The translations under genes were made by a program, and so were the position numbers. From Pristiophorus japonicus (lineage: Eukaryota): a DNA stretch of 64,000 nt. The DNA lies in assembly GCF_044704955.1 (NCBI RefSeq), contig NC_091999.1, positions 26,908,001 to 26,972,000 on the forward strand, written 5' to 3'. The notes beneath the pieces were generated by a model that ran no database searches, was not told where the DNA came from, and saw only the letters and a list, made by a program, of their open reading frames with translations. Shown one piece after another: positions 49,954-63,704 of the stretch (positions within the stretch are counted from its first letter, which is position 1; every line of letters starts with the position of its first letter).

Positions 49954-51699
49954 TAAGAATCACACAATGTTTTGGACGTGTATTCTGCCCAATCTGCTCA
50001 TCTCTGTGATACACACACAGTGAGGCCTGTTTATATCTTTCACCGCACGGATTCAGCGACTAACAAAAATGATAGAGGTGGGGAAGTCCACGGAGATCAG
50101 TCCCGCTGGACTCCTGCAGGTTTTATCCCCGCTAAGACATCTGCTGCGGCCTGGGATGGGTTTATAAAGCTCCCGACCGCCAGGCTCGTGTCGGATGTGT
50201 TTACCCAAAGGGAGCGGCACGGGGAAGATGGCTCTGTTACTTTTCAGTCCACGGGCGGAAGGGCCGCTCAGTCCCCAGCACTCCCAGGGAAAGCTGGGGG
50301 GAAATGGCCTGGGACCAAACAACAGCCAGAGAGGGAAGGTTTCAAAGGCTCAAAGGTCAGTGCTTTCATCCCTTTGCAGGCTCCTTGTGTTATCCTCCCA
50401 GTGGGGTTTAACCTGAGCAGCCCCAGCGCCTGGTGATAGCGACGTATCCTTGTTTCAGATAATCTACCTTTGGGATTAAAGGGTGTCCTGCAGACGGAAT
50501 ATATCCCAGTGACATTCACCACTATAACGTTCCTTTGTAAGTTTGCCTGAACAATGCGGTGATCTGCAGGATGAAGTGTTCCCCGCACACACTCGACACA
50601 CATTAAACTCAGCTCCTCCTCACTCTCTCAATAATCTCCGTGCTAAACATAGCCCATAATATGCAGCATTCAGGGAGGGTCGTAACGAGCTTTGTTACTA
50701 GGTATTGCAGTATGTGTGATGTAATGAAGCGGGGAAACTCGCATGACACTGTGCCTCAGTATTGTGACATCACAGACCTGCACTTTTGACCATGCCCTGG
50801 CCTGTGGCTGACTCAGAATCGCATTTCAGACATCCCATCTCCTTCACCCATCACTTTACAAAGAGTTACTTAATGTCTGCAACAAAGAAATAGGCCATTC
50901 GGTGCTCGCGGCTGCAAACTGGTCTGAGGCGGTTCCCCTGAGGTTTTCCTGGGGGTGCTGGGAGTTAGCAGCCCGTCTGCCTGTGGACTGCAAATTTACA
51001 GAGCGACCTTCCCCACCCCGACCCTTTCGGCCCAGCAGAGCATGTCAGAGCTTACTCGATCACCACATTCTGATCATAAACGGAGTGCACAAAGAGAGTG
51101 GTAAACTTGGGAACGAAGAGAAAGTGAGATTCAGTGGTAAGTCCGTGGTGAGTCTGGCTGAGTATTAGCTGTAAGAAGGGAAATTTAGATTAACGTTTTG
51201 AATTGAACTTAGAACTTTAAAAACAGAAGTTAGCAGAAACTGCCTGTTAGTGGTAGTTAACTATCAGTCAGCTGTAAGTGTTAGTCTTAAATATGTGCTA
51301 ATTACTGCGAGCAATGGGCATGGAGCTGAGACAGCACTTGAAACTTGTGTGTGGCTCCAAAGGTATAAAACTAAACACTAACTGTTGATTCACAGTGTGT
51401 TCTGCACAGTGATATTAAACGGAATTTGGTGAGAGTTTGAATGGGAACAGTGGTTGAAGGAGGTGTTGCTTTGGCCTCCAAAATACAGCAGGTAGATGAA
51501 TGTTTGGTGAGTATTACCTTTTTTCTCGAAGCTTGGTCCACACTAAGACCTGGGAGCAATAACAATACTTTATTAAATTAATAATTTAACCATAATTACT
51601 AATTAATTAATATAATTATAAATAACCATTGAATAAAAACTAAGTAATTAAATTAATTCAGTGTGTAAATAAGCAAATACATTTATAAAAAATAACTAA

Positions 51700-52660
51700 A
51701 GATGGCAGGGTAGGCAATGAGTCGAGACTATAATGTGTGTGAATTTTTGCACATCAAATCTGTCCCACATTCCCACATCTGCAGGAAATGTCTTTGCTTT
51801 ATTCGCTCTGGCTCAGGGTAATTCGGCTGGAGTGCGAGTTCGACACACTCTGAAACACACAGGATAACTGATTTAATGCAGAAAACAGTCACATCCCACA
51901 GAAAAGCGCAGGTTCCGGAAAGTCTGTGGCTGATTGGGTGCCGTGTAGCGAACTGAGGAGAGGCTGAGAATGAGACACTGCTCCTGTCCAACAGGCACGA
52001 TATACTCGTTACCTTTAACGATAAGGATAAAGATTGCGTGGAGGACATCCAGATTACATACCAAAGTACGTGGCTCAGAAGGTTGTCTACAGGCAGAGAT
52101 AGGTAGAAATATTAAACAATTACTTTGCATCAGTATTTATCAGGGAGACAAAAAGGTGGACATGACATCGGATGATATTAGAAATGAAATAACTGCATTT
52201 AAAATAACAAGAGGAAAATATTATTTAAACTAATCAAACCGAAAATGGTTAAATGCCAGCTTCGGACGAATCACATCTAGGGAAGAGATAGCAGAGGCAT
52301 TAATAAACATATTTAATACTTCGTTAGAATAAGGTGCAGTGCCGGAGGATTGGCAGACACCTAATGTAATAACTATTTTTAAGAAGGGAGGTGGAACGTG
52401 TCTGAGGAACTATAGTCCAGTCAACTTAACGTTGTTGGGAGGAAAAATAATGGATTCCCTACTAAAAGAAAAAGGGGAAGAGCAACTAGAAACCAAAAAT
52501 GAATAGTCAGCATGGATTATAAAAGGGAAAGTCTTGAATTGACCAAATTCTTTGAATTTTTCGAACAGGTAACAGATAGCGTAAACTAACGTAATGTAGT
52601 AGGTGTAATTTATCTGGATATCCAAAGGCCTTCGATAAGATACCCCATAATCGACTGAAA
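51700..52660 (+). mobile_element. Old, deleted CR1 LINE remnant
   Basis: ORF1-like start (ICRKC) and RT remnants VPEDWQTPNV and NYSPVNLT, plus QHG and AFDKIPH. Confidence 0.65.
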
Positions 52661-52699
52661 GGGCAGATCACAAATCATAATTACAATTAATAATAATAA

Positions 52700-55600
52700 T
52701 TGGGATGTTTTGAAATGGAGTTAACAGATTTTTAAAATGGATCCCACAGCCTGTTTTTCAGTCTGTGGGAAGCATGTGTGGGATGCCTTCCACAGAGGGG
52801 CAGATGTTCCAATTCATAGACCAAAGGCCTTGGGAGCTGGGCACAGACACAGATAACATAGAATTTGAATTCTACAACAAGATACAAGTCAAATAAAAAG
52901 AATCATAACAACATGTATATTGAAATAACCATTTAAACATATAGGGGCCAGATTGGAGGAAGCAACCTACAAGATAATCATGTATTAATCAATCAGCACA
53001 TATTAATTGTAACTTGTGTAATTACGTAATGCTATAATCTGAAACTGTATAAAATAAGATATCTCTGGCAGTTTCTCTGAGCATTCATTCAAGGATACCT
53101 CCCCTGCCAGCTTGTATCTTTTATTATGAAAAACTGCATTTACTTTAAGGCTAACGGACTCCGAGTGGTGGTTTGAAGTTAACCCTAACAAATTGGCGCA
53201 GTCAGCAGGATCTACTGGACGGGCAGATTAGACACAAAAAGCTGACCAAACTAACAACGAATGAGGAGAGAATTACCTTGATAAATTCTCCTTGCAAAGT
53301 AACCAGAGATGCAACGAATCTGAAGCAGAGTCTGTGCAGCCAGTAAATCCAGTTGAGCGGTGCGTCAGGACACTGTAAGTAAATACATGTGTCGGGAGAA
53401 TAAGTACTGTACGTGATATTGGGCTAAAAGCCTCGGTGTAAATAGTTCCGCTTTAGTAAAGGTGGGTAAAATGGGAACTGGGGAAAAAGCCCCAGTGTAA
53501 GAAATGGCAACGGAATCTGCCAAGGCCCTTGGAGGGCTGAGGTATAAACTACCAGAAGAGTTTCTGAGAGATAAATCTGAAAAGGTTAAGAAGATGGTTA
53601 AGGCTGGATATGATGAAGGGAAAAAGAGCAGTTTAACAGCCGGAAAGATGAATAGAAATATACCCGAAGTTGAGATGGACAGAGAAAGTGACAAAAGACA
53701 AGAGGCGGTAAGTATAAAAATAGATATAGTTGACAAAAGGGAATGGACAGAGGAATTTGGCCCAAATTTGTATCCCCCACTAACAGGGTTATGATTAGGA
53801 GCCGAAGAAAATAAAGGATTTATTGGGGGCCAGAAGTATTGCTAAGCAGATATTTTTCGGAAGACCATAATAAAAACTGTTAGTGACTATCTTAAGTGAA
53901 ATATGGATCCAAAATTAGAGCCGGCCAAACAATAAGCTTTGTTGAATGAAGAGAGACTTTTGTGAATGTCTGTCTTTGAATGAAAGTGCTTCTGTGATTG
54001 TTGACTGCGGAATATTTGAGGTGGGAATTAATGAATTTTTCAAGTGTCTGAAAGCCTACTTCAGAAAGTGGTGGAGCTGTCTGTTGTTTTGGCCCCACCT
54101 ACTTTTTCAAACAGAGTGAACGTTTTTTTTAACCCTTTACAGTGTTGTCCTGTTTGAGGGAAGTTTTAAGAAACTATGAACCTAGAATTGAATTACATCT
54201 TCATTTAGAAATCCAGGTGTGGATTTATTCGGATGATATGTTATGGAGTTAGGAAATGCACAAAGGATAGGTTTGTTGAGCAAAAGATAACAAATGCGAG
54301 GTCCCGTTGGTTTAAATTGTTTTTTTCGACACGCTCACTTGTCAAAAGAAAACACGTATGCATTGATTACATTTTGTTGAAAGAAAATACATTTAGTCTA
54401 GGAATGAAATAAAGAACGATGAAGGGAAATTGTAATGCCTTAAAAAAAGAAGCCTGCGTGGGTGTCTCAAGGCTGTGGGCTTGGGAAATACGCCCCCATA
54501 TTCCTTTGTGTAAAATCTTGATGCGAAAGCTTCTAGCTCTGTAAAAAGATTTTTAAATAAAAGATTGGCAATACAATATTTGAATTGGGACTTTGAGATA
54601 TTTCAGGTGATTCTCCTTGACAAACATTTTGGTTGTATTGGAAAATATTGTGTTTGGAAGCCTTTTAATAAAAGTAAACATACTGTGTCAGAAGCTGAAG
54701 CTTAAAAAGATTACATTTATGAGATACTGTATCACAAAATTGAAGTTGCAGCGCAAAAGATTAGAGTTTTTGACGTTCAGCTTCTAAAACAGAGGATAGG
54801 CACATATTTATAAAACAAGTACTTTGCATTCTGTGATCTGTGACTCACTATAAGCATAAATGAGAAGTCCGATTAAAAAACAGTTTTACCATACTTGACA
54901 TTTCATAATCCAACAAGAAATACAAATACAACAAAAGGGGAGCAGAAATTAGGATGGAAGAAGTGAACAGTTAATTTTGTTGTGAAGATTTCAAGTACCA
55001 CTGTTTAAGAAAATACACAACATAAAAAGTTAAATCTGATCTCTTAAAAAAAAAGAAATAAAACTATAATGTTTCGAAACAATGTAGAAATGCCTTCAGG
55101 GATCAGGGCAAATCCTGGGCAAGTGGGGAGCTACCTGTGAAAGTTAAAACGGCAGGCTTTAGCAGTTTAGAACAAAGGAAAATATAAGTTGAACTTGTGA
55201 CTTCAGATACGGTGGTTGAAGAACCACAGAAAATGAGTCGTAAAGGCTTTGAAACTGGAACAATTGAGATAACGGAAAGCAGTTATCAAAGTCTATGTGT
55301 TAGACTCTGTTCTAGTTATGATAAAGACATTTGAGATAACGGAAAGCAGGATTTAAAGTAAATCCCAAAAAGGCACAAATCGGACAAGCTGTGGTACAGT
55401 ACCTGGGACATAAAATATCGCAAGGAACTCGGACCATGTCCAATGACAGGAAGGAGGACATTAGGATTATGCCCCGACCAAAACCAGCCTGAGGGGGGTG
55501 TAAGATATTGGGGTTCTTTTGTTTTTGCAGGAATTTTGTACCTAACCACAGCAATTGCAGAACCAATACAGTGGCTAGTGAAAGGAAAATCCGGTTGAAA

Positions 55601-56520
55601 TGGAAATGGTAAGACTCTAACTAAAACCTGGAATATCCAGGATGTGTTTTATCAACAGAATATAAACGTGATCATCACCGTCCTTCCGATTCTACAAGGA
55701 CAAGCTGCAAGGCCGCCCCAAGGGGGCCCAGAAGCATTTTACCACACCAGAGGCTACGTAAAGCAGCCTCTAGGGGGCGGCATCTAAGTGTCAGGAGCGT
55801 TTGTCTTGAAGCCATAAGATAAGTGTGTAAAAAAGGTTACCTGAATATTGTAAACCAGGGGAATTAACCTTGGGAAATTGCGTGGTAGTTAAACCTGGAA
55901 CAGAAGTAATGTTGTTATTTGACAATGGCCAGCATGAAATGTGACCTGTGAGCATAAATTGAACAGCCAGAAAAAAGTAGCCACAAGACGAAAGCTTTGT
56001 AAACATGATTGCTAGACACAATGCTGAGAATAGCTAGTGACACATCAGGAGCAAGGGAGTAACACAAGAAGCTGAGACACAAAGAAGGAAGACAGAGGAG
56101 ATCTATAGCAAATGACGTATTAGCTGTACAGGGACATCTCTAGTAGATACACCAGATATACAGGCGATCCAGGCAGGTGTAGATAGTTTGAGGGGAACAA
56201 CGGAGTTACTAATCAGGAATCAGACCAGGATTGGGATACAGTCTTCACAGTTAGGATACAAAACTTCCAAAAAAATGCTACAGGGTGTATCCGTATTAGA
56301 AGGCCATGCACGAACAATTAACGAGCTAAATAAGCAGGAATTGAGAGGACGATGCTGAGGACAGGAAAAGAGACACATGTCATGCCTATGGGAGATGGAT
56401 GATTGGTCAGGTGAGACACAATATGGATCAGATACAAACCGGGCGAGTTACAGATTCAATAAATAGCACCCAGTTGAAAGTAATGGCACAACACACTGGG
56501 CCATTAGATGCATGTACCCT
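52700..56520 (+). mobile_element. Second decayed env-bearing retroviral element related to 36945-43954
   Basis: Gag-like ORF 53504-53794 (..LYPPL). RT end KVNPKKAQIGQAVVQYLGHKISQGTRTMSNDRKEDIRIMPRP (~55350-55480). Env RQRR|SIANDVL..GVDSLRG..LEGHARTINEL..TCHAYGRWMIGQVRHNMDQIQTGRV (56090-56520). 5' boundary uncertain. Confidence 0.72.
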
Positions 56521-59500
56521 GAAACATAGAAACATAGAAACATAGAAAAAGGTTGCAGGAATAGACCATTCGCCCCTTCGAGCCTGCACCAACATTCAAT
56601 AAGATCATGGCTGATCATTCACCTCAGTACCACTTTCCTGCTTTCGCTACACAAACGTTGATCCCATTAACTTAAGGGCCATATCCAACTCCCTCTTGAA
56701 TATATCTGATGAACTGACATCAACAACGTTCTGCGGAAGAGAATTCCACAGGTTAACAACTCTCAAAGTGAAGAAGTTTCTCCTCATCTCGGTCCTAAAT
56801 GGCTTTTCCCTTGTCCTCAGACTGTGACCACTGGTTCTGGACTTCCCCAACATCGGGAACATTCTTCGTGCATCTAACCTGCCCAGTCCCATCAGAATGT
56901 TTTTGAGGTCCCCTCTCATTCTTCTAAACTCCAGTGAATACAGGCCCAGTCGATACTATCTCTCCTCATAAGTCAGTCCTGCCATACCGGAAATCAGTCT
57001 GGTGAACCTTTGCTGCACTCCTTCAATAGCATGAACGTCCTTCCTCAGATTAGAACAAAACTGAACACAGTATTCCAGGTGAGGCCTCACCAAGGCCTAG
57101 TACAGCTGCTATATTCAAATCCCCAAGATATGGGGCCAACATGCTCTTTGCCTTCTTTCTGTCTGCTGCACCTGCATGCCAACCATCAATGACTGATGTA
57201 CCATGACACCCGGATCTCGTTGCACCTCCCCTTTTCCTCATCTGCCGCCATTCAAATAATATTCTGCCTTCCTGTTTCTGCCACCAAAGTGCATAACCTC
57301 ACATTTATCCACATTACACTACATCTGCCATGCAATTGCCCACTCACCAAACCTGTCCAAATCAACCTGCAGCCTCTTAGCATTCTCCTCACATTTCACA
57401 CCGCCATCCAGCATAATGTCATCTGCAAACCTGGAGATATTATACAAAATTCCTTCATCTAAATCATTGATGTATATTGTAAATTGCTGGCGTCCCAGCA
57501 CTGAGCCCTGCAGCACCCCACTAGTCACTGCCTGCCATTATAAAAATAACCCGTTTATTCCGACTCTCTGCTTCCTGTCTGCCAGCCAGTTCCCTATCCA
57601 CGTCAATACATTATCCCCAATACCATGTGCTTTAATTTTGCTCACCAACCTCTTGTGTGGGACCTTGTCAAAAGCATTTTGAAAGTCCCACTACATCATA
57701 TCCACTGGTTCTCCCTTGTCGACTCTGCTTGTTACATCCTCACAAAATTCTAGAAGATTTGTCAAGCTTGATTTTCCTTTCATAAATCCACGCTGACTTG
57801 GACCAATCCTGTCACTGCTTTATAAATGGGCTGCTATTTCATCTTTAAAAATTAATTACAACATTTTCCCCACCACTGATGTCAGGCTAACCGGTCTATA
57901 ATTCTCCGTTTTCTCTCTCCCTCCTTTTTCAAAATGTGGTGTTAAATTCGCTACCCTCCAGTCCATACAAACTGATCGAGAATCGATGGACTGTTGGAAA
58001 ATAATCACCAATGCATCCACTATTTCTAGGGCCACTTCCTTAGTACTCTGGGATGCAGACCATCAGGCCCCGGGGATTTATCGGCCTTTAGTCCCATCAA
58101 TTTCCCTAACACAATTTCCCACAAATAAGGATTTTCTTCAGTTCCTCCTTCTCGCTAGCCCCTCGGTCACGTATCATTTCCAGAAGATTATGCGCATCTT
58201 CCTTCGTGAAGGCAGAACCAAAGTATTTATTCAACTGGTCTACCATTTCTTTGTTCCCTATTCACCTGAATCTTACTGCAAGGGACCTACGTTTGCCTTC
58301 ACTACTCTTTTTCTCCTCACATATTTATAGAAGTGTTTATGTTTCCAGCAAGTTTCCTCTCATACTCTATTTTCCCCCTCCGAATTAAACCCTTTGTCCT
58401 CCTCTGCTGAATTCTAAATATCTCCGCGTCCTCGGGTTGATGCTTTTTCTGACCAATTTATAAGTCTCTTCCTTGGATTTAACGCTATCCTTAATTTCCC
58501 TTGTTAGCCACGGTTGAGCCACCTTCCCCGTTTTATTTTTACTCCAGACAGGGATGTACAATTGTTGAAGTTCATCCATGTGATCTTTATATATTTTCCA
58601 TTGCCTATCTGCCGTCAACCCTTTATGTATCATTTCCCAGTCTATTCTAGCAAATTCATGTCTCATACCATCGAATTTACCTTTCCTTAAGTTGAGGACC
58701 CCAGTCTCAGAATTAACCGTTTCACTCTCCACCTTAACAAAGAATTCTACCTTATTGTGGTTACTCTTCCCCAAGGGGCCTCGCACAACAAGATTGCTAA
58801 TTAGTCCTTTCTCATTACACATCAAGCAGTCTAGGATGGCCAGCCGTCTAGATGGTCCCTCGACATATTGGTCGAGAAAATCATCCCTAATACACTCCAG
58901 CAAATCCTCCTCCACCGTATTGTGACCAGTTTGGTTAGCCCAATCTATATGTAAATTAAAGTCGCCCATGATAACTGATGTACCTTTATTGCACACATCC
59001 CTACTTCCTTGTTGGATGCTGTCAGCAAACTCACTACGATTGTTTGGTGGTACACAACTCCCACTAGCGTTTTTGTCCCTTTGATATTCCACAGATCCAC
59101 CCACGTAGAATCCACGCAAATGTCCTTCCTGACTATTGTGTTAATTTCCTCTTCAACCAGAAATGCCACCCTACCTCCTTTTCCTTTGTGTCTATCCTTC
59201 CTGACTGGTGAATATCCCTGGATGTTGCGTTCGCAGTCTTCGTCACCCTTGAGCCATTTCTCCGTGATGCCAATTACATCATATTCATTAATTGCTGCCT
59301 GTGCAGTTAATTTGTCCACCTTATTACGAATACTCCTCGCATTGAGGCACAGTGCCTTCAGGCTTGTTATCTTAACACACCTTGTCCCTTTAGAATTTTG
59401 CTGCAATGTGGCCCTTTTTGATTTTTGCCTTGGATTTCTCTGCCCTCCACCCTTACTATTTTACCCCAAAGGTTCCCATCCCGCTGCCATATCAGTTTAA

Positions 59501-59750
59501 CCCCTCCCCAACAACACGAGCAAACTCTCCCTCGTGGACATTGGTTCTGCTGAGGTTTGCACAGGTCCAAGCTCCCCCAGAACGGTTCCAATGTCCCAAG
59601 AAATTGAATCCCTCCCTTCTGCAACACACATTCATCTGAACTATCCTGCGCTTCCTACTCTGAAAAGTGGTAGCTATCCCTGAGATTGCTACCTTTGAGG
59701 TCCGATTTGGTAATTTAGCTCCCAGCTCCCTAATTTCAGCTTATAATTCC
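56521..59750 (-). mobile_element. CR1 LINE (end of ORF1, endonuclease, RT, 3' tail)
   Basis: Minus-strand LCLNARSIRNK, GITEKW, MGDFN, GVLQGSVLG, FADDIML and RGDL motifs, with (CATAGAAA)n tail at 56521. Confidence 0.93.
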
Positions 59751-59936
59751 TCAGACACAGGGAGTCAGACTCAAACACATGAAGAGCACTCTAAAGACAG
59801 AGAGTGAGAGGCACAGATACATTGCACAATCCCATTTCTTTGAATGTTACAAAGTTATCGACAAATGCAGATTCAACAGAATAGATTCGGGTATAACTGA
59901 GCAAGATGGGAGGAAATCGGTTTGAATTTAAAGATG

Positions 59937-60008
59937 TACCAGGAGAGGGGTTAGAACCCACGCACGTATAAACCCATCGGAATGCCTTAACAACTCGGCC
60001 ATCCTGGT
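59937..60008 (-). pseudogene. tRNA-Leu(TAA)-derived pseudogene, anticodon arm deleted
   Basis: ACCAGGATGGCCGAGTTGTTAAGGCATT[del]CCGATGG...GCGTGGGTTCTAACCCCTCTCCTGGTA matches vertebrate tRNA-Leu-TAA except for a ~10-nt anticodon deletion. Confidence 0.85.
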
Positions 60009-60099
60009 TTTGTCAATATTCGGATTTTGTCTCTGTGAGAATCTGGGCTGCAGCTCCACTCTCACAGACACAGGTTTTCAATGAGCATGTTCGAATATT

Positions 60100-60345
60100 T
60101 ATAGTAATATTGACACAGGGGCAACTCTCCTGTTCTTTTTTGAGTAATGCACTGGGAACTTTCACATCCACCCGAGGGTGCAGACGGAGCTTCAATTCAA
60201 CATTTTATCCCAAAGTCAACAGCTTCAACAATGCAAAATTCCCCAAATACTGCATTTGAGTGTCAGCCAAGATTATATGCTCAAGTCGCAGGAGTGGGAC
60301 TTGCACACACAACCTCCTTATTCAGTCGAGGATGCTGCCACTGAA
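60100..60345 (-). mobile_element. SacSINE1/DeuSINE-like 5' fragment
   Basis: GGAGTGGGACTTG and TTCACATCCACCCGAG, reverse-homologous to 30-260. Duplicated at ~63290-63525. Confidence 0.6.
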
Positions 60346-60447
60346 CCAAAGCCGATACCAAAGTTCACATCCGTATTATTTTCCCCAAGTCTTTTTATAA
60401 AGTATCAGGACATACAGAAGTAATATTCAACATTTTAAAAATGCTTC

Positions 60448-60518
60448 ATCCTGGTCGGGGAATTGAACGCCAAAACGTGCGTGACAGAGCGGGATATTAA
60501 CTAAGACACGAATGAGGA
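60448..60518 (-). pseudogene. tRNA-Asp(GTC)-derived pseudogene
   Basis: TCCTCATTCGTGTCTTAGTTAATATCCCGCTCTGTCACGC...GTTCAATTCCCCGACCAGGA. Anticodon loop CTGTCAC intact, stems degenerate. Confidence 0.75.
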
Positions 60519-60989
60519 GCTGAAGGGTGTGGATTCTGTCAGTGCAGGAATCGAGCTCAGAACAGAAATGGACACCATGAGAAGTAGACAGGCACATTGA
60601 GAGACAGAGATAAACCGACAAACAGGGAGAGACAGACAGCGAGTTCGAGACAACGTGAGACAGAAAGTGTGAGACTGAGAAGGAGAGGCAGACTGCGTGA
60701 GAAAAAGACTCAAACTTATACATATACAGATAGAAAGAGAGAGAGGGAAACAGTGAGAGAAAGACAGTGATAAAGACAGTAACAAGGAGAGAGACAGATG
60801 AAGAGTGAGCGACAGATAGAGAGATATACAGAGATATAAACAGAAAAAGATGGAAATACTCAGCAGGTTAGAGACAGGAACTAACAGAGACAGGCAAAGA
60901 GAGACAGACAGGTAGAGACATAGACAGACGGAGATGATGGGAATGAGAGAGACAGTCAGACAGATAGACTGAGAGAATCCCACTGGAAC

Positions 60990-62672
60990 CTTCCTAGGGG
61001 ACTGTGGGTCTCGTGAGAATGAGGAACTGAAAGATATCCTTATTGGCGGGAAATTGTGTTTGGGAAATTGATGGGATTAAAGGCCGATAAATCCCCGGGT
61101 CCTGATAGTCTGCATCCCAGAGTACTTAAGGAAGTGGCCCTAGAAATAGTGGATGCATTGGTGATCATTTTCCAACAATCTATCGACTCTGGGTCAGTTC
61201 GTATGGACTGGAGGGTAGCTAATGTGATGGCACTTTTTGAAAAAAGGAGGGAGAGAGAAAGCGCGTAATTCTAGACCGGTTAGCCTGACATCAGTCGTGG
61301 GGAAAATATTGGAATCAATCATTAAGGATGAAATAGCAGCCCATTTGGAAAGCAGTGACAGTATCGGACCGAGTCAGCATGGATTTATGAAAGTGAAATC
61401 ACGCTTGACGAATATTCTGGAATTTTTTGAGGATGTAACGAGTAGAGTTGACAAGGGAGAAACAGTGGATGTGGTGTATTTGGACTTTCAATAGGCTTTT
61501 GACAAGGTCCCGCACTAGTGATTGGTGCACAAAATCAAAGTGCATGTTATTGGGATTAATGTACTGACATGGACAGAGAACTGGTTGGCAGACAGAAAGC
61601 AGAGAATCTGGATAAACGGGTCCTTTTCAGACTGGCAGTAAGTGACTAGTGGGGTGTCGCAGGGCTCAGTGCTGGGACTCCAGCTCTTTACAATATACAA
61701 GAACAATTTAGTTGAAGGAATAGAGTGTAATATCTCCAAGTTTGCGGATGACACGAAACTGGGTGGCGGTACGAGCTGTGAGGAGGACGCTAAGAGGCTG
61801 CAGGGTGAATTGGACAGATTAGGTGAGTGGGCAAATACATGGCAGATGCAGTATAATGTGGATAAATGTGAGGTTATCAATTTTGGGGGCAAAAACACGA
61901 AGGCAGAATATTATCAGAATGGCGGAACACTAGAAAAAGTTGAGGTGCAATGAGACCTTGGTGTTATGGTTCATCAGTCACTGAAAGTGGGCATGCAGGT
62001 ACAGCAGGTGGTAAAGAAGGCAAATGGTATGTTGGCCTTCATAACTAGGGGATTTGAATATAGGAGCCAGGAGATCTTACTGCAGTTGTACAAGGCCTTA
62101 GTGAGGACACACCTGGAATATTGTGTTCAGTTTTGGTTTCCTAGTCTGAGGAAGGACGTTCTTGCTGTTGAGGGAGTGCAGCGAAGGTTCACCAGACTGA
62201 TTCCAGGGATGGCAGGACTGTCATATGAGGAGAGATTGGATCAACTAGGCCTTTAATCACTGGCGTTTAGAATGATGAGAGGGGATCTCATAGAATCATA
62301 TAAGATTCTGACGGGACTGCACAGGTTAGATTCGGGAAGAATGTTCTCGATGTTGGGGAAGCCAGAACCAGGTGACATAGTCTTAGGATAAGGGGTAGGC
62401 CATTTAGCAGTGAGATGAGGAGAAACTTTTTCACTTAGAGATTGTTGACCTGTGGAATTCCCTGCCACAGAGAGTTGTTGAAGCCAGTTCATTGGATATA
62501 TTCAAGAGGGAGTTAGATATGGTGCTTACGGTTAAGTGGATGAAGTGGTATGGAGAGAAAAACAGGAAAGGGTATCTGAAGGAATGATCAGCCATGATCA
62601 TATTCAATGGCGGTGCAGGCTCGAAGGGCCTAATGACCTACTCCTGCAGTTATTTTCTATGTTTCTATGTTT
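60990..62672 (+). mobile_element. CR1 LINE ORF2 3' half
   Basis: KSPGPDSLHPRVLKE, QHGFMK, VYLDFQ, FADDTKLGG and LEYCVQFW motifs, with tail TTTCTATGTTTCTATGTTTC. Confidence 0.93.
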
Positions 62673-63091
62673 CAAAAACAGAAAATGATGGAAATACTCA
62701 TCAGATTAGAGACAGGGACAAAATGAGACAGGCAAAGACACGGACAGGGATGATGGGAAAGAGAGAGACAGTCAGACAGAGAGTCTGAGAGAATCCCATT
62801 GGAACAGAACTGGACAGCGTGAGAAAGAGACAGATTGAGAGACAGAGACAAACAGAGAACCAGGCACAGACAGTGTGCGTCAGAGAGAGGCAGACTGAGG
62901 GAGACAAAGGCTCAAGCACACAAACACATACACAGCTCTCTAAAGAGAGAAAGTCAGAGACTGAGATACACAGATACATTTCACAATTTCATTTCATGAT
63001 CGGCTCAGAGTGTCACAGAGTTACAGATTCAACAGATGAAAATCCGGTGTCACTGGGCAGGATGCGAAAAATCTCTGTTAAATTAAAGAGA

Positions 63092-63173
63092 TTCTAGGAT
63101 TGGGGTTCGAATCCACGTGGGAAAAACCCATTGAATTTAAAGGCCAACGCCGTAACCACTCGCCCATCCTGGT
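63092..63173 (-). pseudogene. tRNA-Leu(TAA)-derived pseudogene with a mutated (TTA) anticodon
   Basis: ACCAGGATGGGCGAGTGGTTACGGCGTTGGC-CTTTAAA-TTCAATGGG...GTGGATTCGAACCCCAATCCTAGAA, 82 nt, with mismatches in the acceptor and anticodon stems. Confidence 0.85.
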
Positions 63174-63704
63174 CTGTGTAGCGTTTGGATTCTGTCTCTG
63201 TGAGAATGTGGCCTTCAGCTCCACCCCCACAGCAACATACACACATACCGATCGGGTTTCAGTGAGCATTTACGAAAATTTTTAGTAATATTGAGACGGG
63301 CACAACTCTCCTATTCTTTTTCGTGGAATGTTCTGGGAACTTTCACATTCACCCGAGGTTGCAGACGGAGCTTCAATTTAACATTTCAGCCGAAGGTCAA
63401 CAGCTTCAACAATGCAAAATTCCCCAAATACTGCATTTGAGTGTCATCCAAGATTATCTGCTCAAGTCTCAGGAGTGGGACTTGCACACACAACCTCCCG
63501 ATTCAGTGGAGAATGGAGCCAATGAACCAAGGCCGATACCAAAGATCACAACCGTATTATTTTCCCCAAGTTTTTAAAACATTTCCAGGACATACCAAAT
63601 TCATGGTGATGATTTGCATCGACAGTTGCACATACACAGAGACATACATATAGATAGACATACACAGACACGCGCACACACAATAACCAAAAATATACAC
63701 GCAT

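Noticed and set aside
49972-50603. ORFs downstream of the GPCR
   Set aside because: No recognisable motifs or splice context. Probably UTR or repeat-derived.
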